A DNA stretch of 43,862 nucleotides, taken from Curvibacter sp. AEP1-3. GTDB lineage: Bacteria; Pseudomonadota; Gammaproteobacteria; Burkholderiales; Burkholderiaceae_C. Within the stretch, counting starts at the first letter, position 1, and each line of letters begins with the position of its first letter. Made by a program: the position numbers and the translations under genes. The stretch spans positions 1-43,862 of the forward strand of contig CALRMF020000001.1 in the NCBI GenBank assembly GCA_943369035.1, read 5' to 3'. Positions 30,512 to 41,035 of this stretch are shown here, in pieces. The notes under the pieces were generated by a model. The model ran no database searches. It worked only from the letters and a program-made list of their open reading frames with translations, and was not told the DNA's origin.

Positions 30512-31366
30512 TTATTTCTCGGTATCGACGAGGCCCTTGACGAACCATTTCTGCATCAGGATGACGACCAGCGCCGGCGGCAGCATGGCCAGCATGGCGG
30601 TGGCCATGACCACGTTCCATTCGGTGTAGGCCTCGCCCGCGATCAGGCGCTTGATGCCGAGCACGACCGGGTACATGGATTCGTCGGTGGTGACCAGCAG
30701 CGGCCATAGATACTGGTTCCAGCCGTAGATGAACTGGATGACAAACAGGGCCGCGATCGAGGTGCTCGACATCGGCAGCAGGACATCCTTGAAAAAGCGC
30801 ATCGGACCGGCCCCGTCGACGCGTGCTGCCTCCACCAGTTCGTCGGGCACGGTCAGGAAGAACTGCCGGAACAGGAAGGTGGCGGTGGCCGAGGCGATCA
30901 GCGGCACGGTCAGGCCGGCATAGGTGTTGAGCAGCCCGAGGCTGGAGACGACTTCGTAGGTGGGGCCGATGCGCACCTCCACCGGCAGCATCAAGGTGAC
31001 GAAGATCATCCAGAACACCAGATTGCGCAGCGGAAACCGGAAGTAGACGATGGCGAAGGCCGACAGCAGCGAGATGGCGATCTTGCCGATGGCGATCACC
31101 AGCGCGCTGATCAGGCTGACCAGCATCATGGGACCGCCGGCTGGCAGCTTGCTGCCCGAAGAGGTTTCGCCGCCGAGCAGGGCCAGGCGATAGCTGTCCA
31201 GGAAGTGGGTTCCCGGCAGCAGTGACAAGGGGCGGCTCTGGGCGATTTCCTGGGCCGACTGGGTGGAGGCGACCAGGGTCAGGTAGACCGGAAAGGCCAC
31301 GACGGCCACGCCGATGATGAGGATGGCATGGGCCAGCAGGTCGAGGAAGGGGCGTCGTTCGATCAT
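30512..31366 (-). CDS. ugpE: sn-glycerol-3-phosphate ABC transporter permease
   Basis: MIERRP start, TLMLPVEVRI, ELVEAARVDGA EAA loop and KGLVDTEK end. Confidence 0.95.
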   Translation of the reverse strand: MIERRPFLDLLAHAILIIGVAVVAFPVYLTLVASTQSAQEIAQSRPLSLLPGTHFLDSYRLALLGGETSSGSKLPAGGPMMLVSLISALVIAIGKIAISLLSAFAIVYFRFPLRNLVFWMIFVTLMLPVEVRIGPTYEVVSSLGLLNTYAGLTVPLIASATATFLFRQFFLTVPDELVEAARVDGAGPMRFFKDVLLPMSSTSIAALFVIQFIYGWNQYLWPLLVTTDESMYPVVLGIKRLIAGEAYTEWNVVMATAMLAMLPPALVVILMQKWFVKGLVDTEK

Positions 31367-31376
31367 GGCGCGGCTC

Positions 31377-32258
31377 TCAGTACTGGACCTTGCGCTCGAC
31401 ATAGCGGAACTGGATCACGGTCAGCGCGACGACGATCACCATCAGGATCACCGATTGCGCGGCCGAGCCGCCCATGTCCAGCGCCTTGAAGCCGTCGTAG
31501 TAGACCTTGTAGACGAGGATGGCAGTGTCCTTGCCAGGCCCTCCTTGCGTGGCTGCATCGACGATGGCGAAGGTATCGAAGAACGCATAGACGACATTGA
31601 TCACCAGCAGGAAGAAAGTGGTGGGCGAGAGCAGGGGGAACACGATGGTCCAGAAACGGCGGGCAGGCGAGGCGCCATCGATGGCGGCGGCCTCGATCAG
31701 GCTCTTCGGGATGGACTGCAGGCCGGCCAGGAAGAACAGGAAGTTGTAGGAAATCTGCTTCCAGACGGCGGCCATCACGATCAGGGCCATGGCATGGTCG
31801 CTCCGCAGCATGTGGTTCCATTCCACGCCCACGAACTGTAGCGCATAGGCCACCACGCCCATCGGCGAGGCGAACATGAAGACCCACAGCACACCTGCCA
31901 CCGCAGGCGCTACGGCGTAAGGCCAGATCAGCAGCGTCTTGTAGAGGGCAGCGCCGCGGAGCACCCGATCGGCCATCACGGCCAGCAGCAGCGCGATGCT
32001 CAGGCCGCAGACGGCGACCAGGACCGAGAAGAGGGCCGTGGTCTTGAACGACGCGAGGTAGGTCTCGTCACTGAACAGACGCTCGAAGTTCTCCAGGCCG
32101 ACAAACTCGGTGGAAGTGCCGAACGCATCCTGCTGCAGCACACTCTGGTGGAGCGCCTGCGCAGCTGGCCAGAAAAAGAAAACCAGGACAATGGCCATCT
32201 GTGGGGCCACCAGCAGCCAGGGGAGCCACGCAGACTGGAAACGGACGCGTTTTTCCAT
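31377..32258 (-). CDS. ugpA: sn-glycerol-3-phosphate ABC transporter permease
   Basis: [29 protein letters not shown] and ERKVQY end. Confidence 0.95.
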   Translation of the reverse strand: MEKRVRFQSAWLPWLLVAPQMAIVLVFFFWPAAQALHQSVLQQDAFGTSTEFVGLENFERLFSDETYLASFKTTALFSVLVAVCGLSIALLLAVMADRVLRGAALYKTLLIWPYAVAPAVAGVLWVFMFASPMGVVAYALQFVGVEWNHMLRSDHAMALIVMAAVWKQISYNFLFFLAGLQSIPKSLIEAAAIDGASPARRFWTIVFPLLSPTTFFLLVINVVYAFFDTFAIVDAATQGGPGKDTAILVYKVYYDGFKALDMGGSAAQSVILMVIVVALTVIQFRYVERKVQY

Positions 32259-32280
32259 GAGGAATCCATCAAAGGCCTCG

Positions 32281-32307
32281 CCGCCCGCAGGGGGTGCCCG
32301 CGGGCGG
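32281..32307. other. GC-rich hairpin between ugpB and ugpA
   Basis: CCGCCCGC...GCGGGCGG stem without a U-tract; position typical of an mRNA-stabilising hairpin after a binding-protein gene. Confidence 0.5.
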
Positions 32308-32329
32308 TGTCGCAAGGCCGGATGTGCGG

Positions 32330-33646
32330 TTACATCTTGCCCTGGTTGGCTTTCTGGAAGCGCTCCAGCTGTTCGTTGCCGCGCTTGACGGCGGTATCCA
32401 ACGCTTCCTTGGCCGACTTCTTGCCGGCCCAGACCTGCTCCAGTTCCTCGTCATTGATGGTGCGGATCTGGACAAAGTTGCCCAGGCGGATGCCGCGCGA
32501 CTTGTCGGTGGTCTTGCGGATCATCTGCTCGACCGAGACGTCGGTGCCGGGATTCTGCTTGTAGAAGCCGGACTTCTCGGTCATCTCGTACGAGGCCTTG
32601 GTCAGTGGCAGGTAGCCGGTGCGCTGGTGGCTCTTGGCCGCTTCCTCGGCCTTGGACAGATGGGCGAAGAACTGCGCCACGCCCTTGTACTCGTTCTCCT
32701 TCTTGCCGGCCATCACCCACAGGCTGGCGCCACCGATCACGGTGTTCTGCGGTGCGCCTGCCACATCGGGGTAATAGGGCAGGGTGGAAATGCCGGAAGC
32801 GAACTTGGCATTGCGCTTGATGTTGCCGTAGAGCGCCGACGAGCCGGTGGTCATGGCACATTCGCCGGAGACAAACGTGGCGTCAGCCGCGTTGCCGCGT
32901 CCCTTGTAGACGAACAGGCCCTGCTTGGCCATGTTGCCCAGGTTCTCGATGTGGCGCACGTGCAGCGGCGCATTGAAGCTCAGGCGGGCATCGATGCCGC
33001 GCATGCCGTTGCCCTTGGTGGCGAACTCGGTGTTGTGCCATGCGGAGAAGCTCTCCAGCTGCGTCCAGCTGACCCAGCTGGTGGTGAACGGGCACTTGTG
33101 TCCGGATGCCTTGAGCTGGGCGGCCGCCAGGGCCACTTCAGGCCAGGTCCGGGGCGGCTTGTTCGGGTCCAGGCCGGCGGCCTTGAAAGCGTCCTTGTTG
33201 TAGTGGAAGACCGTGGTCGAGCTGTTGAATGGGAAGCTCAGCATCTGGCCATTGGGGGCGGTGTAGTAACCCGCCACGGCGGGCACGTAGGCATCCGGAT
33301 TGAAGGTGACGTTCGCCTTTTTCATGACCTCGCCCACCGGCACGATGGCGCCTTTGCTGGCCATCATGGTCGCGGTGCCGACCTCGAAGACCTGGAGGAT
33401 GTGCGGCGCATTGCCGGCGCGAAAGGCAGCAATGGCGGCTGTCATGGACTCGTCGTAGCTGCCCTTGAAGGTAGGGATGATCCGATACTCCTTCTGGCTG
33501 GCGTTGAAGTCCTTGGCCAGGTCGTTCACCCACTCGCCCAGCGCGCCGCCCATCGAATGCCACCACTGGATGTCCGTCTGGGCCTGGGCCGGCGCCAGCA
33601 ACAGGCCGGAAAGGGCGGCGAGCGCCAATTTCGCTTTGAAACGCAT
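32330..33646 (-). CDS. ugpB: sn-glycerol-3-phosphate ABC transporter substrate-binding protein
   Basis: Signal peptide, [32 protein letters not shown] and IGGASLWV motifs; AAGGAGG ribosome-binding site. Confidence 0.96.
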   Translation of the reverse strand: MRFKAKLALAALSGLLLAPAQAQTDIQWWHSMGGALGEWVNDLAKDFNASQKEYRIIPTFKGSYDESMTAAIAAFRAGNAPHILQVFEVGTATMMASKGAIVPVGEVMKKANVTFNPDAYVPAVAGYYTAPNGQMLSFPFNSSTTVFHYNKDAFKAAGLDPNKPPRTWPEVALAAAQLKASGHKCPFTTSWVSWTQLESFSAWHNTEFATKGNGMRGIDARLSFNAPLHVRHIENLGNMAKQGLFVYKGRGNAADATFVSGECAMTTGSSALYGNIKRNAKFASGISTLPYYPDVAGAPQNTVIGGASLWVMAGKKENEYKGVAQFFAHLSKAEEAAKSHQRTGYLPLTKASYEMTEKSGFYKQNPGTDVSVEQMIRKTTDKSRGIRLGNFVQIRTINDEELEQVWAGKKSAKEALDTAVKRGNEQLERFQKANQGKM

Positions 33647-33674
33647 CGGATAACCTCCTTAAGTCAAGGCGTCG

Positions 33675-33719
33675 AGCCTAGTCAGCCCGTGTGACAGACT
33701 GATTACGGTTTCATTAAAC
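33675..33719 (-). promoter_or_regulatory. Putative PhoB-dependent promoter (Pho boxes plus -10) of ugpBAECQ
   Basis: Minus strand GTTTAAT-N4-CCGTAAT-N4-CTGTCAC (11-bp period), 10-nt spacer, then TAGGCT. Confidence 0.7.
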
Positions 33720-33838
33720 CGCTGCCACTGCCGGCCGGGGACCCGGGGTTACCATGAGGCGGGCAGGTGAATGTTGCGCTGCGGTAACATCGCTCCTCAG
33801 CCGGGTTCTTCCGTTCTGGCTGAAATTCCAGATTTCCC

Positions 33839-36800
33839 ATGAACGCACCGACTCCGCTTGATCATCTGGTGAACGCGTCCGGCGAGGCGCCGCACGGCCA
33901 CGAACGCATTCGCGAAATCCCCTACAACTACACCTCGTTCTCCGACCGCGAGATCGTGATCCGCCTGCTCGGCAGCCGCGCCTGGGAGGTGCTGAACCAG
34001 CTGCGCGAGGAGCGCCGCACCGGCCGTTCGGCCCGCATGCTGTACGAGGTGTTGGGTGACATCTGGGTGGTGCAGCGCAACCCCTATCTGCAGGACGACC
34101 TGCTGGACAACCCCAAGCGGCGCCAGCAGCTGGTCGAGGCCCTGCACCACCGCCTGGGCGAGGTGCAGAAGCGCCGCACGCCCGACGCCGACCCGCAACG
34201 CGATGCCCTGGTGGGCGAGTTGCTCGAAGCCGCCAGCCGCGCGGTCGAATCCTTTGACGCCGCCTTCCAGGAGATCGCCGCGCTGCGTCGCAAGGCCCTG
34301 CGCACCCTCAGCCGCCTGACAGCCAAGGACAACGTCAAGTTCGACGGCCTGAGCCGCGTGTCGCACGTGACCGACGCCACCGACTGGCGCGTCGAGTACC
34401 CCTTCGTCGTGCTCACGCCTGACAGCGAGGCCGAGATGGCCCGCCTGGTCAAGGGCTGCATCGAGCTCGGCCTGACCATCATTCCGCGTGGCGGCGGCAC
34501 CGGCTACACCGGCGGCGCCGTGCCGCTGACCTGGAAGAGCGCGGTCATCAACACCGAGAAGCTCGAAGCCATGACCGAGGTCGAGATGGTGCAGCTGCCC
34601 GGGCTGAGCCAGCCGGTGCCGACCATCTGGACCGAGGCCGGCGTGGTGACGCAGCGTGTGGCCGATGCGGCCGAACGCGCCGGTTTTGTGTTTGCCGTCG
34701 ATCCGACCTCGGCCGAAGCCTCCTGCGTGGGCGGCAACATCGCCATGAACGCTGGCGGCAAGAAGGCCGTGCTCTGGGGCACGGCGCTGGACAACCTGGC
34801 CTCGTGGCGCATGGTCACGCCCGATGCGGGCTGGCTGGAAGTCACCCGCCTCAACCACAACCTGGGCAAGATCCACGATGCCGACGTGGCCAGCTTCGAG
34901 CTGAAGTATTTCGAGGCCGACGGCAAGACCCTGGTGAAGACCGAGCGACTGGACATTCCGGGCCCGAGCTTTCGCAAGGCGGGCCTGGGCAAGGACGTCA
35001 CCGACAAGTTCCTCGCCGGCCTGCCCGGCATCCAGAAGGAAGGCTGCGACGGCCTGATCACCAGCAGCCGCTGGGTGGTGCACCGCATGCCGGCGCACAC
35101 CCGCACCGTCTGCCTGGAGTTCTTCGGTCATGCGCGCGACGCGGTGCCGAGCATCGTCGAGATCAAGGACTTCATGTTCGCCGAGCAGAAACGCAGCGGC
35201 GTGTTGCTGGCCGGCCTGGAGCACCTGGACGACCGCTACCTGCGTGCCGTCGGCTACGCCACCAAGAGCAAGCGCGGTGGCCTGCCCAAGATGGTGCTGA
35301 TCGGCGACATCGTGGGTGACGACACCGACGCCGTGGCGCGCGCCACCAGCGAGGTGGTGCGCATTGCCAACTCGCGCAGCGGCGAAGGTTTCATCGCCAT
35401 CAGCCCGGAAGCGCGCAAGAAGTTCTGGCTCGACCGCAAGCGCACCGCAGCCATCAGCCGCCACACCAACGCCTTCAAGATCAACGAAGACGTGGTGATT
35501 CCGCTGCCGCGCATGGCCGAGTACACCGACGGCATTGAGCGCATCAACATCGAGCTCAGCCTGCGCAACAAGCTCAAGCTGTGTGACGAGCTGGAGGTGT
35601 TCTTCGGTGAGGACAGCCTGACGCACCTGCTGACCATCGGCAAGCCCGACGATGCCAGCGAGGCGCCGTCGGCCGAGCTGATGGAAGAGCGCGTGGCCCA
35701 GGCCCGTGAGCTGGTGCGCACGGTGCGCGCCCAGTGGCAGGACTGGCTGGACCGGGTTGACGAGCTGTTCCCGCAGCTGCAGGACCACACCCTGCGTGCC
35801 AGCTGGAAGGCCCAGATCCGCACGCCGCTGCAAGACATCTTCACCGGCCGGGCCTTCGAGCCCATGCTGGCTGAGTGCAACGCCATCCAGCAGCGCGTGC
35901 TCAAGGGCCGGGTCTGGGTGGCGCTGCACATGCATGCCGGCGACGGCAATGTGCACACCAACATCCCGGTCAACAGCGACGACTACGAGATGCTGCAGGC
36001 CGCGCACGGCGCGGTCAAGCGCATCATGGCGCTGGCGCGTTCGCTCGACGGCGTGATCTCGGGCGAGCACGGCATCGGCATCACCAAGCTGGAGTTCCTG
36101 AGCGACGAGGAGCTGCGCCCGTTTGCCGACTACAAGCGCCGCGTCGACCCCGAAGGGCGTTTCAACAAGGGTAAGCTGCTACGGAATCAGGAGCATGTAG
36201 CGCCGGATGGTCAAGGCCTGGCGGCCGATTTGACCAATGCCTACACGCCGAGCTTCGGCCTCATGGGGCACGAGTCGCTGATCATGCAGCAGAGCGACAT
36301 CGGCGCCATTGCCGACAGCGTGAAGGATTGCCTGCGCTGCGGCAAGTGCAAACCGGTGTGCTCGACCCACGTGCCGCGCGCCAACCTGCTGTACAGCCCC
36401 CGCAACAAGATCCTGGCGACCTCGCTGCTGGTGGAGGCTTTCCTCTATGAGGAGCAGACCCGCCGCGGAGTCAGCATCAAGCACTGGCAGGAGTTCGAGG
36501 ACGTGGCCGACCACTGCACCGTCTGCCATAAGTGCCTCTCGCCCTGTCCGGTGAAGATCGACTTCGGTGACGTGTCGATGAACATGCGCAACCTGCTGCG
36601 CAAGATGGGGCAGAAGACCTGGCGCCCGGGCAATGCCGCGGCCATGTTCTTCCTCAACGCCACCAACCCCGAGACCATCAAGTTCATGCGCTCGGCCATG
36701 GTGGACGTCGGCTTCAAGGCCCAGCGCCTGGCCAACGACGTGTTGCGCGCCTTTGCCCGCAAGCAGACGACCAAGCCGCCGGCCACCGTCGGGGCTGCGC

Positions 36801-37756
36801 CGGTGAAGGAGCAGGTGATCCACTTCATCAACAAGAAGATGCCCGGCGGCCTGCCCAAGAAGACCGCGCGTGCGCTGCTGGACATCGAGGACAAGGACTA
36901 CGTGCCGATCATCCGCGACCCGCAGGCCACCACGCCCGAGACGGAGGCGGTGTTCTACTTCCCCGGCTGCGGCTCGGAGCGCCTGTTCAGCCAGGTCGGC
37001 CTGGCAACCCAGGCCATGCTCTGGCATGCCGGGGTGCAGACCGTGCTGCCACCGGGCTACCTCTGCTGCGGCTATCCGCAGCGCGGCAGCGGCCAGTTCG
37101 ACAAGGCCGAGAAGATGATCACCGACAACCGGGTGCTGTTCCACCGCGTGGCCAACACGCTCAACTACCTGGACATCAAGACCGTGGTGGTCAGCTGCGG
37201 CACCTGCTATGACCAGCTGCAGGGCTACAAGTTCGAGGAGATCTTCCCCGACTGCCGCATCATCGACATCCACGAGTTCCTGCTGGAAAAAGGCATCAAG
37301 CTCAGCGGCGAGCAGGGCGGCTACCTGTACCACGAGCCGTGCCACAACCCGATGAAGCTGGGCGACTCGATGAAGACGGTCAAGACCCTGCTGGCGGGCG
37401 ACACCGGCAACAACGTGCTCAAGAGCGAGCGCTGCTGCGGCGAGTCGGGCACGCTGGGCGTCACCCGGCCTGACATCTCGACCCAGGTGCGTTTCCGCAA
37501 GGAAGAGGAGATCCGCAAGGGCGAGGCGGCGCTGCGCGCCACCGGACTGGCGGGCGAGAAGGACAACGTCAAGATCCTGACCAGCTGCCCGAGCTGCCTG
37601 CAGGGCCTGACGCGCTATGGCAACGACCTGCAGAACGGCCTGCTCGAGGCCGACTACATCGTGGTCGAGATGGCGCGCCAGATCCTGGGCGAGGACTGGC
37701 TGCCGCAGTACGTGGCAGCGGCCAACGCCGGCGGCATCGAGCGCGTGCTGGTCTGA
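33839..37756 (+). CDS. Large FAD-binding / Fe-S / CCG-domain oxidoreductase (DUF3683/DUF3400-type)
   Basis: [13 protein letters not shown]-terminus, PRGGGTG and [13 protein letters not shown] motifs, [43 protein letters not shown] and CCGESG. Confidence 0.88.
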   Translation: MNAPTPLDHLVNASGEAPHGHERIREIPYNYTSFSDREIVIRLLGSRAWEVLNQLREERRTGRSARMLYEVLGDIWVVQRNPYLQDDLLDNPKRRQQLVEALHHRLGEVQKRRTPDADPQRDALVGELLEAASRAVESFDAAFQEIAALRRKALRTLSRLTAKDNVKFDGLSRVSHVTDATDWRVEYPFVVLTPDSEAEMARLVKGCIELGLTIIPRGGGTGYTGGAVPLTWKSAVINTEKLEAMTEVEMVQLPGLSQPVPTIWTEAGVVTQRVADAAERAGFVFAVDPTSAEASCVGGNIAMNAGGKKAVLWGTALDNLASWRMVTPDAGWLEVTRLNHNLGKIHDADVASFELKYFEADGKTLVKTERLDIPGPSFRKAGLGKDVTDKFLAGLPGIQKEGCDGLITSSRWVVHRMPAHTRTVCLEFFGHARDAVPSIVEIKDFMFAEQKRSGVLLAGLEHLDDRYLRAVGYATKSKRGGLPKMVLIGDIVGDDTDAVARATSEVVRIANSRSGEGFIAISPEARKKFWLDRKRTAAISRHTNAFKINEDVVIPLPRMAEYTDGIERINIELSLRNKLKLCDELEVFFGEDSLTHLLTIGKPDDASEAPSAELMEERVAQARELVRTVRAQWQDWLDRVDELFPQLQDHTLRASWKAQIRTPLQDIFTGRAFEPMLAECNAIQQRVLKGRVWVALHMHAGDGNVHTNIPVNSDDYEMLQAAHGAVKRIMALARSLDGVISGEHGIGITKLEFLSDEELRPFADYKRRVDPEGRFNKGKLLRNQEHVAPDGQGLAADLTNAYTPSFGLMGHESLIMQQSDIGAIADSVKDCLRCGKCKPVCSTHVPRANLLYSPRNKILATSLLVEAFLYEEQTRRGVSIKHWQEFEDVADHCTVCHKCLSPCPVKIDFGDVSMNMRNLLRKMGQKTWRPGNAAAMFFLNATNPETIKFMRSAMVDVGFKAQRLANDVLRAFARKQTTKPPATVGAAPVKEQVIHFINKKMPGGLPKKTARALLDIEDKDYVPIIRDPQATTPETEAVFYFPGCGSERLFSQVGLATQAMLWHAGVQTVLPPGYLCCGYPQRGSGQFDKAEKMITDNRVLFHRVANTLNYLDIKTVVVSCGTCYDQLQGYKFEEIFPDCRIIDIHEFLLEKGIKLSGEQGGYLYHEPCHNPMKLGDSMKTVKTLLAGDTGNNVLKSERCCGESGTLGVTRPDISTQVRFRKEEEIRKGEAALRATGLAGEKDNVKILTSCPSCLQGLTRYGNDLQNGLLEADYIVVEMARQILGEDWLPQYVAAANAGGIERVLV

Positions 37757-37760
37757 GGCC

Positions 37761-38207
37761 ATGCGGGTGGCTGGCTGCACGCTGTGCGAGACCGAGGGCG
37801 GCGTCCCCGTCTGGCGTGGCACGCGTTGCCGCGTCATCCGCGCCGAGGAGGCCGGTTTCCCGGCCTTCTACCGCCTGGTGTGGAACGACCATGTGGCCGA
37901 GTTCTCCGATCTTTCGCCGACGGACCGTGCGCTGTGCATGGAGGCGGTGACCGGCATCGAGCGGGTGCTGCGTGAACGTCTGCAGCCGACCAAGATCAAC
38001 CTGGCCACCCTGGGCAATGTGGTGCCGCACCTGCACTGGCACGTGATCGCGCGCTTCGACTGGGACAGCCATTTCCCGGCCCCGGTCTGGTGTGCGGCGG
38101 TGCGCACGGCCGACGTCGCAGCGCTGGCGCGGTTGCGCGGCCAATTGCCTGATGTGGATGAGGCCATCCGGCACACCTTGGCGGCGCTGCCGGGCGCCTT
38201 GGGATAA
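37761..38207 (+). CDS. HIT family hydrolase
   Basis: CTLC N-terminus; KINLATLGNVVPHLHWHV histidine triad. Confidence 0.88.
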   Translation: MRVAGCTLCETEGGVPVWRGTRCRVIRAEEAGFPAFYRLVWNDHVAEFSDLSPTDRALCMEAVTGIERVLRERLQPTKINLATLGNVVPHLHWHVIARFDWDSHFPAPVWCAAVRTADVAALARLRGQLPDVDEAIRHTLAALPGALG

Positions 38208-38238
38208 TCCGGCTTTTCTAACGACAGGTGGTACCCCG

Positions 38239-38652
38239 ATGGCAGGTTTGCAGTCCGGCGCGCCGACGCCGCAGGATCTGACGGTGCACGGCAAGTCGCG
38301 TGTGCTGGAGATCAGTTTTTCCGATGGCCAGACTTTCCGCATCCCGTTCGAGCTGATGCGCGTGTATTCGCCCTCGGCCGAGGTACAGGGCCATGGCCCG
38401 GGCCAGGAGGTGCTGCAGACCGGCAAACGCGGGGTCAGCCTCGTGGCCCTGGAGCCGGTGGGCAACTACGCCGTGCAGCCGACCTTTTCGGATGGTCACA
38501 ACAGCGGCATCTACTCCTGGGATTACCTCTATTTCCTCGGTTCGCAGCAGGACAAGCTGTGGGACGATTATTTTGCGCGCCTGCAAGCGGCCGGCGTCGA
38601 GCGCGATGCGCCGATGCCGCAGAAGGCCGGGGCCAGCTGCGGCCATCACTGA
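38239..38652 (+). CDS. DUF971 (gamma-butyrobetaine hydroxylase N-terminal-like) protein
   Basis: [22 protein letters not shown] and [15 protein letters not shown] motifs. Confidence 0.88.
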   Translation: MAGLQSGAPTPQDLTVHGKSRVLEISFSDGQTFRIPFELMRVYSPSAEVQGHGPGQEVLQTGKRGVSLVALEPVGNYAVQPTFSDGHNSGIYSWDYLYFLGSQQDKLWDDYFARLQAAGVERDAPMPQKAGASCGHH

Positions 38653-38660
38653 AAGAAGCC

Positions 38661-39392
38661 ATGAGCCAGACCCACTTTGGATTCGAAACCGTCGACGAGG
38701 CCGAGAAAGCCAAACGTGTGCGCGGAGTGTTCGATTCGGTCGCTTCCAAGTACGACGTGATGAACGACCTCATGTCGGGCGGCCTGCATCGCCTGTGGAA
38801 GGCCTACACCGTGACGGTGGCCAACCTGAAGGAGGGCGACCGCGTGCTGGACATTGCCGGCGGAACCGGCGACCTGGCGCTGGCCTTTGCCAAGAAGGTG
38901 GGCAAGACCGGCCAGGTGGTGCACACCGACATCAACGAGGCCATGCTGCGGGTCGGCCGCGACCGGCTGCTCGATGCCGGCATGGTGCTGCCCACGGTGG
39001 TGTGTGATGCCGAAAAGCTGCCGTTTTCCGACGACCATTTCGATCTGGTCAGCGTGGCTTTCGGCCTGCGCAACATGACGCACAAGGACTTGGCGTTGAC
39101 CGAGATGCGCCGCGTGCTCAAGCCCGGCGGCAAGCTGCTGGTGCTGGAGTTCTCCAAGGTGGCGCCGCCGCTGGAGAAGCTCTACGACTGGTATTCCTTC
39201 AAGGTGCTGCCCAAGCTGGGGCAGCTGGTGGCGGGCGATGCGCACAGCTACCAGTACCTGGCCGAATCCATCCGCATGCATCCGGGGCAGGAAGAACTCA
39301 AGACCCTGATGCACAAATCCGGATTCGGTCATGTGGATTTTCACAACATGACTGGCGGGATTGTGGCCTTGCATGTTGGAATCAAGTGCTGA
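38661..39392 (+). CDS. ubiE: Ubiquinone/menaquinone C-methyltransferase
   Basis: [37 protein letters not shown] and YLAESIR motifs. Confidence 0.97.
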   Translation: MSQTHFGFETVDEAEKAKRVRGVFDSVASKYDVMNDLMSGGLHRLWKAYTVTVANLKEGDRVLDIAGGTGDLALAFAKKVGKTGQVVHTDINEAMLRVGRDRLLDAGMVLPTVVCDAEKLPFSDDHFDLVSVAFGLRNMTHKDLALTEMRRVLKPGGKLLVLEFSKVAPPLEKLYDWYSFKVLPKLGQLVAGDAHSYQYLAESIRMHPGQEELKTLMHKSGFGHVDFHNMTGGIVALHVGIKC

Positions 39393-39469
39393 GCAGCCTG
39401 ATTTGCGGTAATTTCAGGCTGTCACCCCGTAACTGTTGCTGAACCTGTTGGATTGATCGGAGACGAGAC

Positions 39470-40453
39470 ATGAAACTCTGGACCTTGGCCCTCTCACTGG
39501 CCCTGGCTCTTGGTGCCGCGAATGCGGAGGCCAAGCGCCTGGGTGGCGGCAAGTCGGTCGGCAAGCAGTCGAGCAACGTGACGCAGCGCGAAGCCGCGCC
39601 GACTGCGCCCGCTGCGCCAGCCTCGCCAACGCAAAATGCTGCGGCACCGGCCAAGCCGGCCGCGCCGGCGGCGGCACCGGCTGCTGCACCGAAGAAGCCC
39701 TGGGGCGCCATGCTCGGCGGTTTGGCGGCTGGTCTGGGCTTGGCTTGGCTGGCGAGCTCGCTCGGCCTGGGTGAGGCGTTCGGCCAGTTCATTCTGATTG
39801 GCCTGGTCGTGCTGCTGGCCATGCTGGCATTCAGCTGGTTCATGCGCCGCCGTGCGGCCCCGCCGGCCCGCAGCCCCTACGCCTTCCAGGGGGCGGCTGC
39901 CGGCCAGGCCGTGACGCCGCCGCCGGCCTACCGTCCGGAGAACGTGGGCAACGACGCCTCGGCGCGTCCGTGGGAGCGCAACACGGCATCGTTCGACGCC
40001 ACCGGCGCGCAAGCCAGTTCCGGCATCGTGATCGGTTCGGCCCTGAGCGGTTCGCAGAACTGGGGCGTGCCGGCCGGTTTCGACACCGCGGGTTTCCTGC
40101 AGGCGGCCAAGACCAACTTCGTCACCCTTCAAGGCGCCTGGGACCGGGCGGACCTCGCGACCCTGCGCTCGATGATGACCGACGCCATGCTGGACGAGAT
40201 CCGCCAGCAACTGACGGAGCGTGAGGCACACACCGGCGGCCCGGTCAACAGCACCGACGTGGTGATGTTGGACGCTCAGCTGCTGGGCATCGAGGATCTG
40301 GGCGACGCCTACATGGCCAGCGTCGAGTTCTCCGGCATGATTCGCGAGGAGCCCTCTGCGGGTCCGAGCCCGTTCCGCGAGGTCTGGAACATGACCAAGC
40401 CCAAGAACGGCAGCAGTGGCTGGTTGGTGGCGGGCGTGCAGGCGCTGCAGTAA
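39470..40453 (+). CDS. Tim44-like domain membrane protein
   Basis: Signal peptide, AKRLGGGKSVG, Ala/Pro linker, two hydrophobic helices, LQGAWD and FREVW Tim44 motifs. Confidence 0.85.
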   Translation: MKLWTLALSLALALGAANAEAKRLGGGKSVGKQSSNVTQREAAPTAPAAPASPTQNAAAPAKPAAPAAAPAAAPKKPWGAMLGGLAAGLGLAWLASSLGLGEAFGQFILIGLVVLLAMLAFSWFMRRRAAPPARSPYAFQGAAAGQAVTPPPAYRPENVGNDASARPWERNTASFDATGAQASSGIVIGSALSGSQNWGVPAGFDTAGFLQAAKTNFVTLQGAWDRADLATLRSMMTDAMLDEIRQQLTEREAHTGGPVNSTDVVMLDAQLLGIEDLGDAYMASVEFSGMIREEPSAGPSPFREVWNMTKPKNGSSGWLVAGVQALQ

Positions 40454-40486
40454 GTCGCCACTCTTTTCAATCGATAATCGGGGACT

Positions 40487-41035
40487 ATGGCAACACAGTC
40501 CCCGTTTTCTTTGCTGGAGGACGTTTTCCAGCAACTCGGCAGCACGCTGCAGCCGCCCCCGATCCCCGGGTGGGCCGTGCAGGAGGCCCAGCGCCGCGTC
40601 GTGCTGCTCCTCAACCATGTGCTGATGCAGGAGCCCGAAGCCATGGTCCGCCTGGCGCGACAGAAAGGGCGTGTGGTGTTGTTCCACTGGCGCCAGTTCC
40701 ATTTCAAGTTGCTGCTGACCCCAGCCGGCCTGCTCGACCTCGCGGGCCCGGACGAGGCGGCCGACCTGACCCTGGCGGTGACGGAGGAGTCCCCTGCGGC
40801 GCTGGTGCAGTCGACGCTGGCCGGCGCCAAGCCAGCCGTGCGCATCGAAGGTGACGTGCAGCTGGCCGCGGAAGTCAACTGGCTGGTCGACCACGTCCGC
40901 TGGGATGTCGAGGAAGACCTGGCCCGCATCATCGGTGATGCGCCAGCCCATGCCCTGGGGCAGGCGGCGCGCCGCTTGGGAGAAACCGTGCGCCAGTGGC
41001 TGGTGCAGCGCGGTGGTGCGGGAGCCGCTGCATGA
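40487..41035 (+). CDS. ubiJ: Ubiquinone biosynthesis accessory factor (SCP2-like)
   Basis: [14 protein letters not shown] and [13 protein letters not shown] motifs; located between ubiE and ubiB. Confidence 0.82.
   Translation: MATQSPFSLLEDVFQQLGSTLQPPPIPGWAVQEAQRRVVLLLNHVLMQEPEAMVRLARQKGRVVLFHWRQFHFKLLLTPAGLLDLAGPDEAADLTLAVTEESPAALVQSTLAGAKPAVRIEGDVQLAAEVNWLVDHVRWDVEEDLARIIGDAPAHALGQAARRLGETVRQWLVQRGGAGAAA

Noticed and set aside
39590-39700. Repetitive GC-rich stretch in the Tim44-like gene
   Set aside because: It encodes an Ala/Pro low-complexity linker; it is not a tandem DNA repeat or an array
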